A DNA stretch of 63,998 nt, counting the filler, from Perkinsus olseni (Eukaryota): NCBI GenBank assembly GCA_013115125.1. It is 4 parts of 4 records of this genome, joined end to end, with 100 filler letters (N's around TTAATTAATTAA, not from the genome) between each part and the next. Parts side by side here need not be neighbours in the genome. Positions count along the whole stretch, not along the records: positions 16,350 to 32,536 come from JABANN010000682.1; positions 32,637 to 48,788 come from JABANN010000683.1; 2 more parts are not named here. One strand, 5' to 3'. The translations under genes and the position numbers were made by a program. The notes beneath the pieces were generated by a model, which was not told the origin of the DNA, did no database searches, and was given only the letters and a program-made list of their open reading frames with translations. Position 1 is the first letter of the stretch, and each line of letters opens with the position of its first letter. Below, in pieces: positions 24,073-42,640 of the stretch.

Positions 24073-25337
24073 ATGGAAGCGATGGAAGCGAGCCGCTGTT
24101 TGAGGACTAGTATTATAGACCGACCCAAGGGACTTGACCATTGAGGGATCCCCCTGCAGCTCCTCTATTCGCGTGAATAGGGACATGGATTGACGGTCGA
24201 TCACCTCATGGAACTCCCTGCGTAACCTGCCGGCTGGAGTACGACCGACTGGCCCAGACGGTCTGGGCATGATGACAATCACCTTTCGCTAGGACAATTT
24301 CCGTTCCAAAGTTCCTCTACAAACTCCAATAGAGCAGCGTCATCCCGGAGCCTCTCAGGCCGAATGCCGTCACAACGGCCGCCCTCGTAACGCAGTGTGA
24401 GGTCGGCGTCCTCAGGTCGCTCATACGGTTTCCATCCATAGAAAGTTTCACTGGCCACCCTTCCCTCACGAATGACGCTCTCTTGCACATTTCATGCCAC
24501 CCCCTTTTGTCGAGCCCCAGCAGGCAAGTGTATCCCTTGGCGGCGTCGAATTAGTCGGCCAGCTGTACTACAATGAGGTTTAAGTCGACATTTTGTGTAG
24601 GGGAACAACTACTGCTCTCATCACTGATAGGGGCGGCAGTGGTTTCTAGCGATTTACTCATCAAGGCCCGTTCCCTTATTCGGAACCCCCTGCCTCTCGG
24701 CGCGGACGGTTGGTCGGGAGTGTGGGAGAGGACCAAGCACTGTGAACCCGAGGCCCGAACCCTTTCAGGGTCTTACCTTGGGCCTCGAGCCCCAGTGTAA
24801 GCTTGGTCACACTAACCATGCCGCCAGGTACGATCCACGGTAACTCGGCATGCGTTAGTGTCCCCCAACCAACTTGATTAAAAAAAACAACAGTGCCAAG
24901 TCGGCAATCGCAGTGAGACTTGTCACGCTCTATGGCTATGGGAGCCCTAGTACGCCGGTACAATGCGGTTGCGGTAGCGGAACACTCCCATTCTTCCATC
25001 ATTCGTGCACTTGCTTGAACTTGCTCTCTTGCGAGACCTTCACTCAATGACGAGTCAACACAAAAGTGGGACACTGTGGGACAAAAAGCGAGAGCCCAGG
25101 TCATACCACTCCATTCCCGACTGCCTGTGAATTGAACCAGGTGACGCTATAACAACCATCTATTCACAAGCCGGGTGTGTAGCGAGCACCTGTAACCCAT
25201 GCGGGGGCAAGATCTGTGTGAATGGAGTGTCGTGCCGAGAGCCGGTCGGAGATCTGCAGCCCATCCCAAGGGGCCACTAAGCTCGGGTGGGAAGGCGGAA
25301 GTCATCACATCCGAACATCCGAAGTCGCGGGCACTGG

Positions 25338-28300
25338 CTAAGGCTGGGAACAGAGCAGGCAATACCGCGCGGTGGAACCGGTGAGGGTGGATAACGGCTG
25401 AGAGACCGACAGTCTGGGCAATAACAACGAGATGCCAAACACAAAGATCGTTATGACCGCAATGAATGGTATGAATGGTATCGTGGTTTCAACAGCCAGA
25501 GCCGGACGATCTCTATCAACAAAGGCGTGTCTGGCCTCGAGATGGCAAGCCGAGACGCTGACAGAGTGGTCTGGTGGACTGCCGAGAGGATGTAGCCTAG
25601 TGATGAAACCAGCAAGTGATCCGAGGTAACAAAAGGGACCATCTTCCACGTTGACGCCGCTTACCAACCTGACCGTTCCTTCGACAGGTCGGCACTCAGG
25701 GCGACGCCAGACCACCAGCTCACCATCCTTCAATGGACGACCTGGGCGGGCCGCAGATGCACGAAGGCAATCCCGCACGTGAGCTTGAAGAGTGGATATA
25801 CGAGCAGCACCTACCGAGGCCTCGAGAACTTCTCTGAGAGCATCTGGCACATCAGAGGAAGTCGCTAGTGCCTCGAGGTCCGCGATAAAGGCAACAGGCA
25901 CATTGTTCGTGACAGAAGACAGCAGTGATGCAGATGGAGTACGGATCTGTGTACCGAACATCAGTTCCGCCGCCGAGTGACCGGACACGCGCTTCTGCGT
26001 GTTGATGGACAGCTGTACGAATGGTAACGCTTGATCCCACGGGAGCTTGATAGATGGGAGTATACGCTTGACACGGCCGACCCTTTCCTCGGCGCTTCCA
26101 TTCGAAAATGGCGAATACGCAGGAACCGTGTTGAAGCGTACCCCGCAGGCCAAGAGGGGAGCGCGTAGCGAAGGGGCATCAATGAAGTTATCGCCGGTGA
26201 CACTTAAAGGTACCCCGAATACGCTCACCCATGACGAGTACAGGATCTTGGCCGTAGTCCCTCCCTTAACGTCTTCCGCACTGCACAGGATTGTGAATCC
26301 TGTGGCCAGGTCGGTAATGACGAGGAAGGCCTTCAGGGAGGAGTCCACGGGAGGCACCCATGTACGAGATGGATAGCCGTGATCGATGGCGACATGCTTC
26401 CCGCGAGCATCCAGATCAATCAGCCCCCAAGGTACCCGAGGAGCCGTGAGTAATTTCATGCGCTTGACAGGTTTCTGCTCCATGCAGTGCTCACAGCGCT
26501 CGACCCAAGACCTCGCATCACGCAGGAGTGATGGCCACCAGACGAAGGCAATGAGAGCATCACGCATGTCCCTGTGGGGTCGATGGTAGTCCATCTCATG
26601 GGCGATAAAGAGGAACCAATCACGGAGCTTCCAGTCCACGTCAACATTAGTGCCGATCATGTCGTTCAAACCCTTGACGGCACCTTCGGGGATGACTGGG
26701 ACAGAAATCGGTCCCGTTATCGAAGCTTCTGATATAGTCATGACAACGCCGTCAACGCAACTGACCAGGCCCAGGGTCTTGGCCTCAGTAGCCAATCTTT
26801 GCAGCCTGCCAGAGCCGTCGAAGTGAAGCTGCCATGTTTGAAGCGAGCAACCATGAAGAAGGGTAGAAGAGTCAGCCTTCTGCAGGGATATCAGCTGGCT
26901 TCTCAGGTCTCCCTCCAGAATACTCTTCGCCGAACCATGAACGGAAGGAAGGTTTCCTGCGGTCGCAGAGTCGGAAGGAGAGGAGGATGCCGGAGTCACC
27001 AGAACGAAGGTTTCCCCGCCTCCTTCAGGAACGTATCGCTGGCCTCCCTGGGCCAGACGACTCAGCAGATCACTGAAGGAATTGTCCTTACCCTTCGCAT
27101 GGCGATAGGTCAGGTCAGCCTCGTCGTACTCGAGAAGATCCGCCAGCCAGGAAAGCCAGCGCTTAGTTTGCCTGGTGGTTGGCTGGTACGTAGAAGAGTT
27201 GAGGCGACCTTCAATTTTTCCCAGAGCGCTTGTGGAGTCCATGAATACCGTTACCCGTCCTGTTCCTGGGTGTGAATCCGAGGAATGGAGCTTATGGAAG
27301 TTGAGGAAGGAGAGGATAAGCTGACGCCAGTGAGCCAACGCGTGGCATATGGCGTATAACTCACGATCAGCAATATCGTAGGCCTTCTCATATGTTGACC
27401 ATTCGTGGGTCCAGACGCCAATGAGCTGAGCATTGTCTGACAACCAATCAGCAGAGACGCGCTCGGGATTGGTGGCGAACTTCTCGCGAGAGAGCCGCCA
27501 CCTACAAGCCGCTCCTGCCTCCGGCGACGCATCGCTCATGAGGACCAACTGCATGCCGTCCCAGTTATCCATCTGGGAGTGGAAAGGCACGAAAGCATTC
27601 CCCATGTTGTCGCCAATGGCCTTCCATGCGGCCTCAAGGTCCGCCGTCCAAGGAAGACGCGCAGTCTTCTTGGATTTGGCTGCGACCATTGAGCCTACCA
27701 ACGAAGTGAAAGGAGCTGTCAGATGACTGAGGGTCTTCTCGGCTCGATTACGTTCTGGCCTCCAGAGAGAACGACAGAACTGCAACAGACCGAGCTTAGT
27801 ACGAAGGCCTCGAAGGGTAAGAGGTTTGGTCTTGAGGTTGGTACGGAGGTTTTCCAAGGTAGCATCGGATACCCTATATCCTCCTTGGACTAGCGTGAGA
27901 CCTAGGTAGTCAATCTCGCGAGCCGGACCCTTACGCTTAGCTATAGGAGCCTTGGCATTAACCTTCTCAAGGATGTACACGAGGAGACTCTTCAAGTGCA
28001 CGCACTCGTCGATGAACCGTGACCATGCTAGAATATCATCGACGAAGGTTAGGATGTGAGTGGGACCGTCAGTACAGTAGGCTTCCGGTATCGCTGTAGC
28101 GAGAAGGGAGTGGATAGCGTACGCCCAGAAGAATGATGACAATTTAAATCCCATCGTCATGTAGCGGAAGAGGGCATACCGGACAGTGCCGGCAGAATCA
28201 TAGTAGGCGAACCCAAACAGATGGCTGCAACTCTCGTCGTACTCGAGGTTGAAAAACGCCTGGCCGACATCTAACCCTACATACCATACGTCGCTGGCCG

Positions 28301-30725
28301 GGAGTTCCGCAAGGCACTCATCAACAGAGCGCATGTAGGTCCCCCGGCTCGGCAAAAGGTCTTTCACGGACTCGTTGATGCATCTCTCATCAACCACGAG
28401 ACGATAGGCGCGGTCCACGTTCTCTGCTGTCAAAGGTTCCGTAACCTCGTCGACAGAAGCCTTAGGCACCGCAAAGGCCGGGGAAATCCAGACCTGCCGA
28501 TAGTCCACGGCCGCACGCGAAAGACGTGTGACAATTCCGACCCTCTCAAGATTGTTCACCATGAGCTCCATGGCCTGCATCTCCCGCTTGCGACACACGT
28601 ACGGCCTCTTAGGGCAGGGGCGTACCGCGCCAGGCTTAAGTTGGACCGTGGCCTTGGGAAAAGACCATCCTTTAGGGCGCTCATCAATCTTAGCCTTGGT
28701 GGGGAGTCTGAGACGTGTGTCTGCTACCACGATGGAGATGCTTCCAGCTCTGTAAGGTGAGAGGGGCCAGGTAGAGTCCAACGCTCCGCAGTAGAGCGTG
28801 TCATCAGTGGTGTGCAAGGTGGCCTCCAAACGCTTGAGAGTTTCCATGCCCAGGATGATTGTGGATCTACCTAATTTCATGTTGAGACCATCGGCGACAT
28901 TGAGCATCAAGTTGAAAGAGAGATCCTTACCGTCTTTATCAACAACGACGATGGGAACCCGAGCCTGCCCAATGACACAGATGGATCCCAGAGACCCAGC
29001 CGATTCGAGCTTCCTGAGCCCTCTCGCTGGTGTCACTCTGAGGCCCATCAGGCTGGCCGATGAAGATGATATCAGTGACAGATCCGAGCCTGAGTCCACT
29101 AGGAGATCCACCGGCAGCACGCGGCCAGCAGAACCAGTGGCCGAGGCTTTGACGACGCGCAGGCCTTCTTGTGGAGAATCAATGGAATGTGCCATGAAGG
29201 TGGACGAGGTAGGCTTCTGAGCCGTTTCCTGACCGTCCCCCGAGCCCTTAGGTGCCTTGGCCGCGGCAGCTTCAGCTTGTCGCTGGCGATACCATTCCGG
29301 CACCAAATGAGCATTTGCGGGATTCTTCCAGCAGTGCGCATCGTCGTGCTTATTAGACCCTCTGTACCTCCTTGTGGCACAGAAGGAACATCTTGGTTTA
29401 TTGCCCTTGGTGTCGCTCCCACCAGTCGCATCGTCCTTACCCACAGGCGGTTCTCTCACCTCCTTGGTTCCAGACTGGTTCGACTGGGGAGCTTGACCGA
29501 CAGGAAGGGATTGCCGTTTGTTGGAGTTGACCTTTCGCGAGCTACCCTCCGACCTCGATGATGAGACTCTAGATTCGTGGTAGAGCACTGCGTCCCGAGC
29601 TTCCTCCAAAGGCAGCTTTGGTAGCTGATGACCGCAGCTGGCCTCAAGAGGTGCCTTGATGTCAGGTAGCAGGCCTCCAACGAACTTAGCAGAGACGAAT
29701 GGTAAGGGCAGAGTGACGCCAGATACGCGTGAGAAGAGCAACCATTCACTCTTGACACGAGCGTAGAATTCGTCAACTTTCTCACCGGTGTGCTGTTTGA
29801 GAGCCTCCCAACGCTCGCTGGCACTTTCGGAGGTATCGGTCTCGACAAAACGAGAATCGAGGTACTCCCAGATGGCGCTTGGAGCTGGTTGGGCCGTCCC
29901 GAGGTGAGTGATGATCTCTGACCTTAGACCCTTCCCTATATGCCGGAAAAGGAAGAGCATACAGTCACGATCATTATCGATGCCGTAGAAGTTGATGGAT
30001 GTCTGAACACCTCCCTTGAAAGCAGCGTAAGGGGTTGCCGAAGTGGGTCCTTCAAACTCCGTGTACTCAAGGGGAAGCTTGAACACGTTCAGTGGAGCCC
30101 TCTCACGAGACAAGTAGGTGGTTGTGGCACCTTCCCTGCTAACACTTGCCGCCACGCCGGGATTTCCGGACGAAGACTGACTGGTAGCAGAGATGGTACC
30201 CGCCTGGGACGCCTGGCCGCGCAGGGCCTCTAGGAGAGCCTCGACGTAATGGCGCTCATTGCCCAGCTCGACGCTACGTGCGATTCGATACTTCCTCTTC
30301 GTGGAGGCGACGGCTAACGCGCTTCCTAGCCAGAGCAGAGGTCGCATGGACATGCCGTGAACTAGGCCTGCGTGGAGCACCATGGCCAGAATGGCCCTAG
30401 CAAATTCTAGGGGAGGTCGGGCGACCGTCGGACTCGCGCTGCTTTCCGCCCCGGCCGCACTGGACGCCATAGCCGAGGCCAAATTGGAGACGAAAACCTT
30501 GACCCCGCTCAGGGGAACGGTATCGAACTCCAAGAACCTGGCTAGAAGGTAATCCGTTTGGTCCGGGGATATGAGAGTGGGGTCAAAGTCGAGGGGGAAA
30601 GACTGGAGACCAGGACCGAGAGAGGTTGATGTTCTCCATTTCCTAATCTCTGTAGCGTCTTGGGGCTCAAGCACGGTCCTTCCCAGTGACAACTCAGTAT
30701 CCGTTGGAGAATCAGAGTCATTCAT
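25338..30725 (-). CDS. Gag-Pol polyprotein (Gag, Zn knuckle, aspartic protease, RT, RNase H, integrase), 1795 aa
   Basis: Gag-like Q..GEKVDEFYAR, CSFC-x10-H-x4-C knuckle, LVDSGS protease, RT motifs YRLVVD/LDVGQAF/MGF/FVDD/YLG, RNase H SDAS...DRELYAI, and integrase H..H..CEHC plus D,D,E. The order PR-RT-RH-IN is that of Ty3/Gypsy. Confidence 0.95.
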   Translation of the reverse strand: MNDSDSPTDTELSLGRTVLEPQDATEIRKWRTSTSLGPGLQSFPLDFDPTLISPDQTDYLLARFLEFDTVPLSGVKVFVSNLASAMASSAAGAESSASPTVARPPLEFARAILAMVLHAGLVHGMSMRPLLWLGSALAVASTKRKYRIARSVELGNERHYVEALLEALRGQASQAGTISATSQSSSGNPGVAASVSREGATTTYLSRERAPLNVFKLPLEYTEFEGPTSATPYAAFKGGVQTSINFYGIDNDRDCMLFLFRHIGKGLRSEIITHLGTAQPAPSAIWEYLDSRFVETDTSESASERWEALKQHTGEKVDEFYARVKSEWLLFSRVSGVTLPLPFVSAKFVGGLLPDIKAPLEASCGHQLPKLPLEEARDAVLYHESRVSSSRSEGSSRKVNSNKRQSLPVGQAPQSNQSGTKEVREPPVGKDDATGGSDTKGNKPRCSFCATRRYRGSNKHDDAHCWKNPANAHLVPEWYRQRQAEAAAAKAPKGSGDGQETAQKPTSSTFMAHSIDSPQEGLRVVKASATGSAGRVLPVDLLVDSGSDLSLISSSSASLMGLRVTPARGLRKLESAGSLGSICVIGQARVPIVVVDKDGKDLSFNLMLNVADGLNMKLGRSTIILGMETLKRLEATLHTTDDTLYCGALDSTWPLSPYRAGSISIVVADTRLRLPTKAKIDERPKGWSFPKATVQLKPGAVRPCPKRPYVCRKREMQAMELMVNNLERVGIVTRLSRAAVDYRQVWISPAFAVPKASVDEVTEPLTAENVDRAYRLVVDERCINESVKDLLPSRGTYMRSVDECLAELPASDVWYVGLDVGQAFFNLEYDESCSHLFGFAYYDSAGTVRYALFRYMTMGFKLSSFFWAYAIHSLLATAIPEAYCTDGPTHILTFVDDILAWSRFIDECVHLKSLLVYILEKVNAKAPIAKRKGPAREIDYLGLTLVQGGYRVSDATLENLRTNLKTKPLTLRGLRTKLGLLQFCRSLWRPERNRAEKTLSHLTAPFTSLVGSMVAAKSKKTARLPWTADLEAAWKAIGDNMGNAFVPFHSQMDNWDGMQLVLMSDASPEAGAACRWRLSREKFATNPERVSADWLSDNAQLIGVWTHEWSTYEKAYDIADRELYAICHALAHWRQLILSFLNFHKLHSSDSHPGTGRVTVFMDSTSALGKIEGRLNSSTYQPTTRQTKRWLSWLADLLEYDEADLTYRHAKGKDNSFSDLLSRLAQGGQRYVPEGGGETFVLVTPASSSPSDSATAGNLPSVHGSAKSILEGDLRSQLISLQKADSSTLLHGCSLQTWQLHFDGSGRLQRLATEAKTLGLVSCVDGVVMTISEASITGPISVPVIPEGAVKGLNDMIGTNVDVDWKLRDWFLFIAHEMDYHRPHRDMRDALIAFVWWPSLLRDARSWVERCEHCMEQKPVKRMKLLTAPRVPWGLIDLDARGKHVAIDHGYPSRTWVPPVDSSLKAFLVITDLATGFTILCSAEDVKGGTTAKILYSSWVSVFGVPLSVTGDNFIDAPSLRAPLLACGVRFNTVPAYSPFSNGSAEERVGRVKRILPSIKLPWDQALPFVQLSINTQKRVSGHSAAELMFGTQIRTPSASLLSSVTNNVPVAFIADLEALATSSDVPDALREVLEASVGAARISTLQAHVRDCLRASAARPGRPLKDGELVVWRRPECRPVEGTVRLVSGVNVEDGPFCYLGSLAGFITRLHPLGSPPDHSVSVSACHLEARHAFVDRDRPALAVETTIPFIPFIAVITIFVFGISLLLPRLSVSQPLSTLTGSTARYCLLCSQP

Positions 30726-30874
30726 TAGGAAATGAGGATGATAATATCTGATGATGATGCCATACTAGTCAATAAGTCCGACCGAAATCAATAATGAGTG
30801 ATTCGCGAGTTCCCCGCAGCTAAGGGGCACGCGAGTACATAGCTGATCTATTGCGGGCGAGCAAGCTTCACCTA

Positions 30875-32188
30875 TGTTTGTGCTTGTGGAAAGCCAACTT
30901 CAGTAACTCAATTACAGATTACTACTTTGGGAGAACGGTTTCCGATACAGGTTTAGTAACACTGATGCCCTTAGCAGCGACGAACCACGATACCCATAAA
31001 AGGAATCATACGAACAACGGTGCACGGATCACTGTAATCGATTACGCAATCGACAGAATTATAGCGCCAGCAACTCTGCAAACTGCACGAACCCTAATGA
31101 GGAAACACTCCCAGGCGGCCGATAACAGCAAATCGACTCAAAAAAAACGCAGCGGAGATAACACGGAGAAGCAGCAACTAATCGATTATTCCATATGAAT
31201 AACACCATTAGTGCAATTGGACACGTGCTAAAACAACACGCAGCACCAAGGCCAGCATAAGCCGACAGAAACAGCGAGAAGAACATAAACCGAATACCAT
31301 ACAATACATGGCCGATAAGGGTCGTCAGTTACGATTCTCACGCAACTACTTCCGACTTCAACATAAATGACTCCAGGTCCTACAGCAGCAACAGCAGCAA
31401 CAGTCGAAACAACATCTTCAATCAGCTTGAGACGGTAAAGTAGCTCGTAACAGAATCTCATCATTACCAACATACAACAATAGCGAAAGAGCTCGCAACG
31501 CGTACACACCTATAACAACCTCACATGATAGCTCAGCAGCCACCAACAACGATAACGAAACTACAACATCTACAGTCGAGCAACATCTTTACGAGCTTCA
31601 AAACCAATGGCCACAGTCACTGATGCATTCACTCTTCTGAACTCGATGATGCAATCAGCCGGAATACGATTACATTCAGACTAACGAACGATTGACCGAG
31701 CTGCACCCGTGTCCAGCAAGGCCTCAATACGGAACAGTTCAGATGCTGACCTCATCGATTTAAGCTCTTTAATTCACAGTTCAAGAGTAATCAGGCAACC
31801 TTCGGACCGGTTCAACATTACCACGACCAGAAATATCCAGAATAATCAGTAATCTCGCCCTACATAACCGCGTCTCGGGCCTCATCGCGCCGAGCACGAC
31901 ATACTCCCTGAGCAGACGATGTCGATCTTGATTGCTTCATAGTTTCTCGGATGATTGTTTGTGCTTGTGGAAAGCCAACTTCAGTAACTCAATTACAGAT
32001 TACTACTTTGGGAGAACGGTTTCCGATACAGGTTTAGTAACACTGATGCCCTTAGCAGCGACGAACCACGATACCCATAAAAGGAATCATACGAACAACG
32101 GTGCACGGAGCACTGTAATCGATTACGCAATCGACAGAATTATAGCGCCAGCAACTCTGCAAACTGCACGAACCCTAATGAGGAAACA
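30875..32188. mobile_element. Nested non-autonomous LTR element (TRIM-like), 1314 bp
   Basis: 233-bp LTRs at 30875..31107 and 31956..32188 (TGTTT...AAACA, one mismatch seen). 4-bp TSD CCTA at 30871-30874 and 32189-32192. The A/C-rich interior has no recognisable retroelement coding sequence. Confidence 0.92.
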
Positions 32189-32536
32189 CCTAGCATGCCG
32201 CGCGCGCCATCGCGATCACCGCGATGAGAGCCGCTCTAGCACGTAGACCTTCCCAAAAGCCAGGAGCGTGGCGCTGTACGCGTCAAGCACTGAAGGCGCT
32301 GCACCCCATTGGTAAAACGGGATCTTGCGCCCCGGTTATTTCGCTCCGCAGTTTCTGGACATCCTGTCACGTTAGTGGCTTTAGCTTGGCGGTAGAGCGT
32401 CTGCTTCCGTAGGCAAGAGGGCAAACATTTCCAAATCTACATGAAGTTTTACCGATACCGAACATTCCCCTTTTGTCAACTTAGTTTGTCGAGTCGGGTT
32501 CCAGAGGCTCGTTGCACTGCATCACAGCGGTCACGC

Positions 32537-32636
32537 NNNNNNNNNNNNNNNNNNNNNNNNNNNNNNNNNNNNNNNNNNNNTTAATTAATTAANNNNNNNN
32601 NNNNNNNNNNNNNNNNNNNNNNNNNNNNNNNNNNNN
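32537..32636. other. Assembly linker (N-run containing TTAATTAATTAA)
   Basis: 100-nt N spacer with stop linker. Confidence 0.98.
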
Positions 32637-32989
32637 GGGTTTTACTAATTTGGTCTGGGCTTTATTAAATTGCTCTGGGGTTTTACTAAGTAGGTCTGGA
32701 AATGGTGTATAGTAAGTAACGCATACGTGTATTGAATTACGCCGTACTTCAAGTACGGCGTACTAGTACGGTACTTGGGAACCACTGCGACGGGTAGTAC
32801 GGGTAGTACGGAGCCGTACCCGTACTGTCGCCCACCTCTTAATAGAAAGATAGGTCGACGCTGGTCGTACTGTCAGCGTTGAACTTCAAACTCACGCACG
32901 CACTTGGCCAGAAGTTGCGGATAATTTGGTATGAATCTGTAATTTCCTGCGATACTATTTCCGTGTTATGTAGTTGTGTATTTTCCCTT

Positions 32990-40160
<7,171 letters not shown>

Positions 40161-40261
40161 GGTGTGATGATATAACAATACTGTCTCTGTTTACGCTGGT
40201 CTTTGAGTTGCGTGAATAGTGGAGGTGGGCTTCCGGTAGTTGGCCTCCCCTCCATTTTTCA

Positions 40262-42524
40262 ATGACCGCAACGGCCGACAATGCTTCCCCGGCCATGAAT
40301 GCACAACTGGCCATGGATGGCCTCAGCGAGTAATAGGGGTATCTTAGTTACACCGGTGAGATATACCAGGTTAAAAGATACCCTTCCATTGAGAAAAAAT
40401 GAGAAATTTTCCTTCGCGTGAAGACTGCTACTACTTGAGAATGAAGTCTGCGAATTGATGACTAATCAAGATCTCACCATTGGATGGCGCGCTGGATGAG
40501 TCGAGCAATGGGCTGGGGAGCACGCGAGCAGGTACCTTACGTACGTAAGTGGTCCCATCATAAGAAGGGAACTGGATCTAGTGCGATATCTTTCCCAGCG
40601 AGCCGATGAGGTCGAACTCGAGTTGGACGAGGCTAACCAGCGGTAGTCGGGTGCCGATGGGTGATTTGGTGGACATTTGGGATCGGCCTTAGACCGGTGG
40701 TCGTAAGTAAAATATTGGAAGATGAGTCTTGCTCCTGTTCGTTCTTCGTTGTTATAGTGCAGGAAACGTCTGTGCGTGAATAGAACTGCGTTTTCCTGGC
40801 TCAGTAGGAATTCTCAAGATGGGTTCAGTTTTGGGTGAATAGGTAGGCGTTGATGAAAATTAGATATTTTTTCTCGAGAGATAAGAAGTTGGCTCCGGAC
40901 GATCTCGCCCGATTCGGTCAATAGTTGTGGTTGTAGGTATCTAGAAATTGGGACAGCAAGAAGCGCCAAAATAAAGGCGGAAGCTGAGGAACTTTTGAGT
41001 AAAATAGAAGCTAGGGAAGATGAGCTGTTGTCGTTGCGGAAGGAGGTTTTGGCGGTTGTGCAGAAGATCCTCGTCACAGTCGAAGAGGTAGGCGGCAGGG
41101 CTAGTGCGGCGACGGTCCCGAGATCGAATCCTCGTGGAGGTACATCGTGCGGGTTGACATTTTGTATTCTCGTAAAAGCGGTCGTGATCAGCATCATCTT
41201 GGCCGTTCATTTTAAGGGCCTTCCTTATCCCCCACAGAGAGATACATCGATGCTGGTCTAGCAAAACCGTAATGTCGGCGTTGGACTTAAAACTCACACG
41301 CGGCATTCACTTTGCAATTAGTCGCACTGTATAAAGTGGTGTTGTCGGTTCTCTCAGGACCGATCGGAGTTGCAGTCGGTGGGAGAGGTGGTGGCAACAG
41401 CGGCCGCCATAGAGGAGGACGAGGTAGCAGGCGATGGGATCGAACCGGGGACCTTCGGATCGAGCCGCTTCAGATCGCCGCTCAGCAGAAGGAGGCAAAC
41501 ACCAGTGAAATTGATGATGTAAGTGGAAAGCGGATAGTGGTGGTTGAAAACTCGGCGCCTCGTGAATTTGAAACCGCATAGAATGGCCCTGTGGTCTCTG
41601 TGACGCTGGTAGATCCCGGGTGCTGGGCGTCGCCTTCCGGTGTAAAGAAAGCTTCTACTGTCGGTCGTGCAGGCTTCCATGTTATCCGTGCTTCTTTTTT
41701 TCCCACGGATTTGTGTCGGTCAGCGGAAATGGGAAATTTGCTCGTGGTTTGCTGGAATTGAAGAATTAGGGATGGTGTGGTATTGGAATAGAGCGATCGG
41801 TTGGAGACCGACTTTGCGGTCGCATCGCTCCGCTGTGACTTGTTGGTTTTTTGTAGGAAACGCCAACTGCCCCTACAACGAAGAAGATTAGACTTACAGG
41901 GACTTCAGCGTCATCTCCTCGTGATACGAAGAGTGATTCGGTGAGCCTTACTCGGTTGGGAGTTGTGGGAGGAGTGGTATGGTAACTGTTATTAGGTCAC
42001 GGAATCTGCTCATGACACGGAGACGGTGCCCAGCCCCGAGCCCTCGACCGAGGTAAGGGTTGATACCCTTTCGCGACCTCGTAGCAACTCGTGGAGATTT
42101 CGCTTGAATAATTTCGTGGCGCGCGAAATGAGCACACGCTGTCTTGCTGTGTGAATCTTATGTTGACCCTGGTCAGTTATGGTGCGTGTGCAAGAAGCCC
42201 GATGATGGGTCGTATATGGTTGGTTGTGATAGAGGTGACAAGTGCAAGGTCCAATGGTGGCATCCACAGTGAGCGGCAAAGATACCAAAAGATACGCTTC
42301 CGGGAGGAATCCTTGCAGGTGCGCGAAGGACTACATCGCTCGACGAGGATACGGCCTCCCACCACCGGAGAACGAGGCAGATGCTCGACGAGCGCACTTC
42401 AGTGAGTGTTTCGGAATTTCGTGGCGCGCGGTCATTTTACTGTCGAGGTACTTGGATTTGCCCCAGCTGCGTGGAGAGGCAGATACGACGGCAAAATCCG
42501 GGGGAGAAAAAGCGTCGAAAATGA
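40262..42524 (+). CDS. ING-family-like protein (N-terminal coiled coil, C-terminal PHD finger; multi-exon)
   Basis: Coiled-coil exons (RADEVELELDEANQR, EAEELLSKIEAREDELLSLRKEV), a linker, then a PHD finger LWCVCKKPDDGSYMVGCDRGDKCKVQWWHPQC...WICPSC and a basic tail. The start codon is tentative. Confidence 0.75.
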
Positions 42525-42567
42525 CAGTCATCGAGCTTGGATGCCTTCTTGCGTTGAGTATCAATTT

Positions 42568-42639
42568 GGTTGTCGTGGGATTCGAACCGGGGGCCTCTCG
42601 ATTACGCAGTCGTTGTTGTCTGTACTTGACTATCAGCTT
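42568..42639 (-). pseudogene. Degenerate tRNA-like sequence between the ING stop and the ATG18 start
   Basis: Minus strand reads TAGTCAAGTACAGAC (A-box/D-arm-like)...GAGGCCCCCGGTTCGAATCCCACGACAACC (B-box). The stems are poor. Confidence 0.45.
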
Positions 42640-42640
42640 A

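Larger units (their letters stand above)
24073..32536 (-). mobile_element. Ty3/Gypsy LTR retrotransposon (its own LTRs are not identifiable; runs to contig end)
   Basis: Contains a gag-pol ORF and a leader homologous to 16670-16870. The left boundary is inferred from where P450 homology stops. Confidence 0.75.

Noticed and set aside
30851-32246. Duplicated ORFs CLCLWKANFSNS... as paralogous genes
   Set aside because: They are translations of the two TRIM LTRs.
40995-41261. Tail-anchored/KASH-like protein from the ORF track
   Set aside because: The hydrophobic tail lies after a GT donor at ~41088 and is most likely intronic in the ING-like gene.
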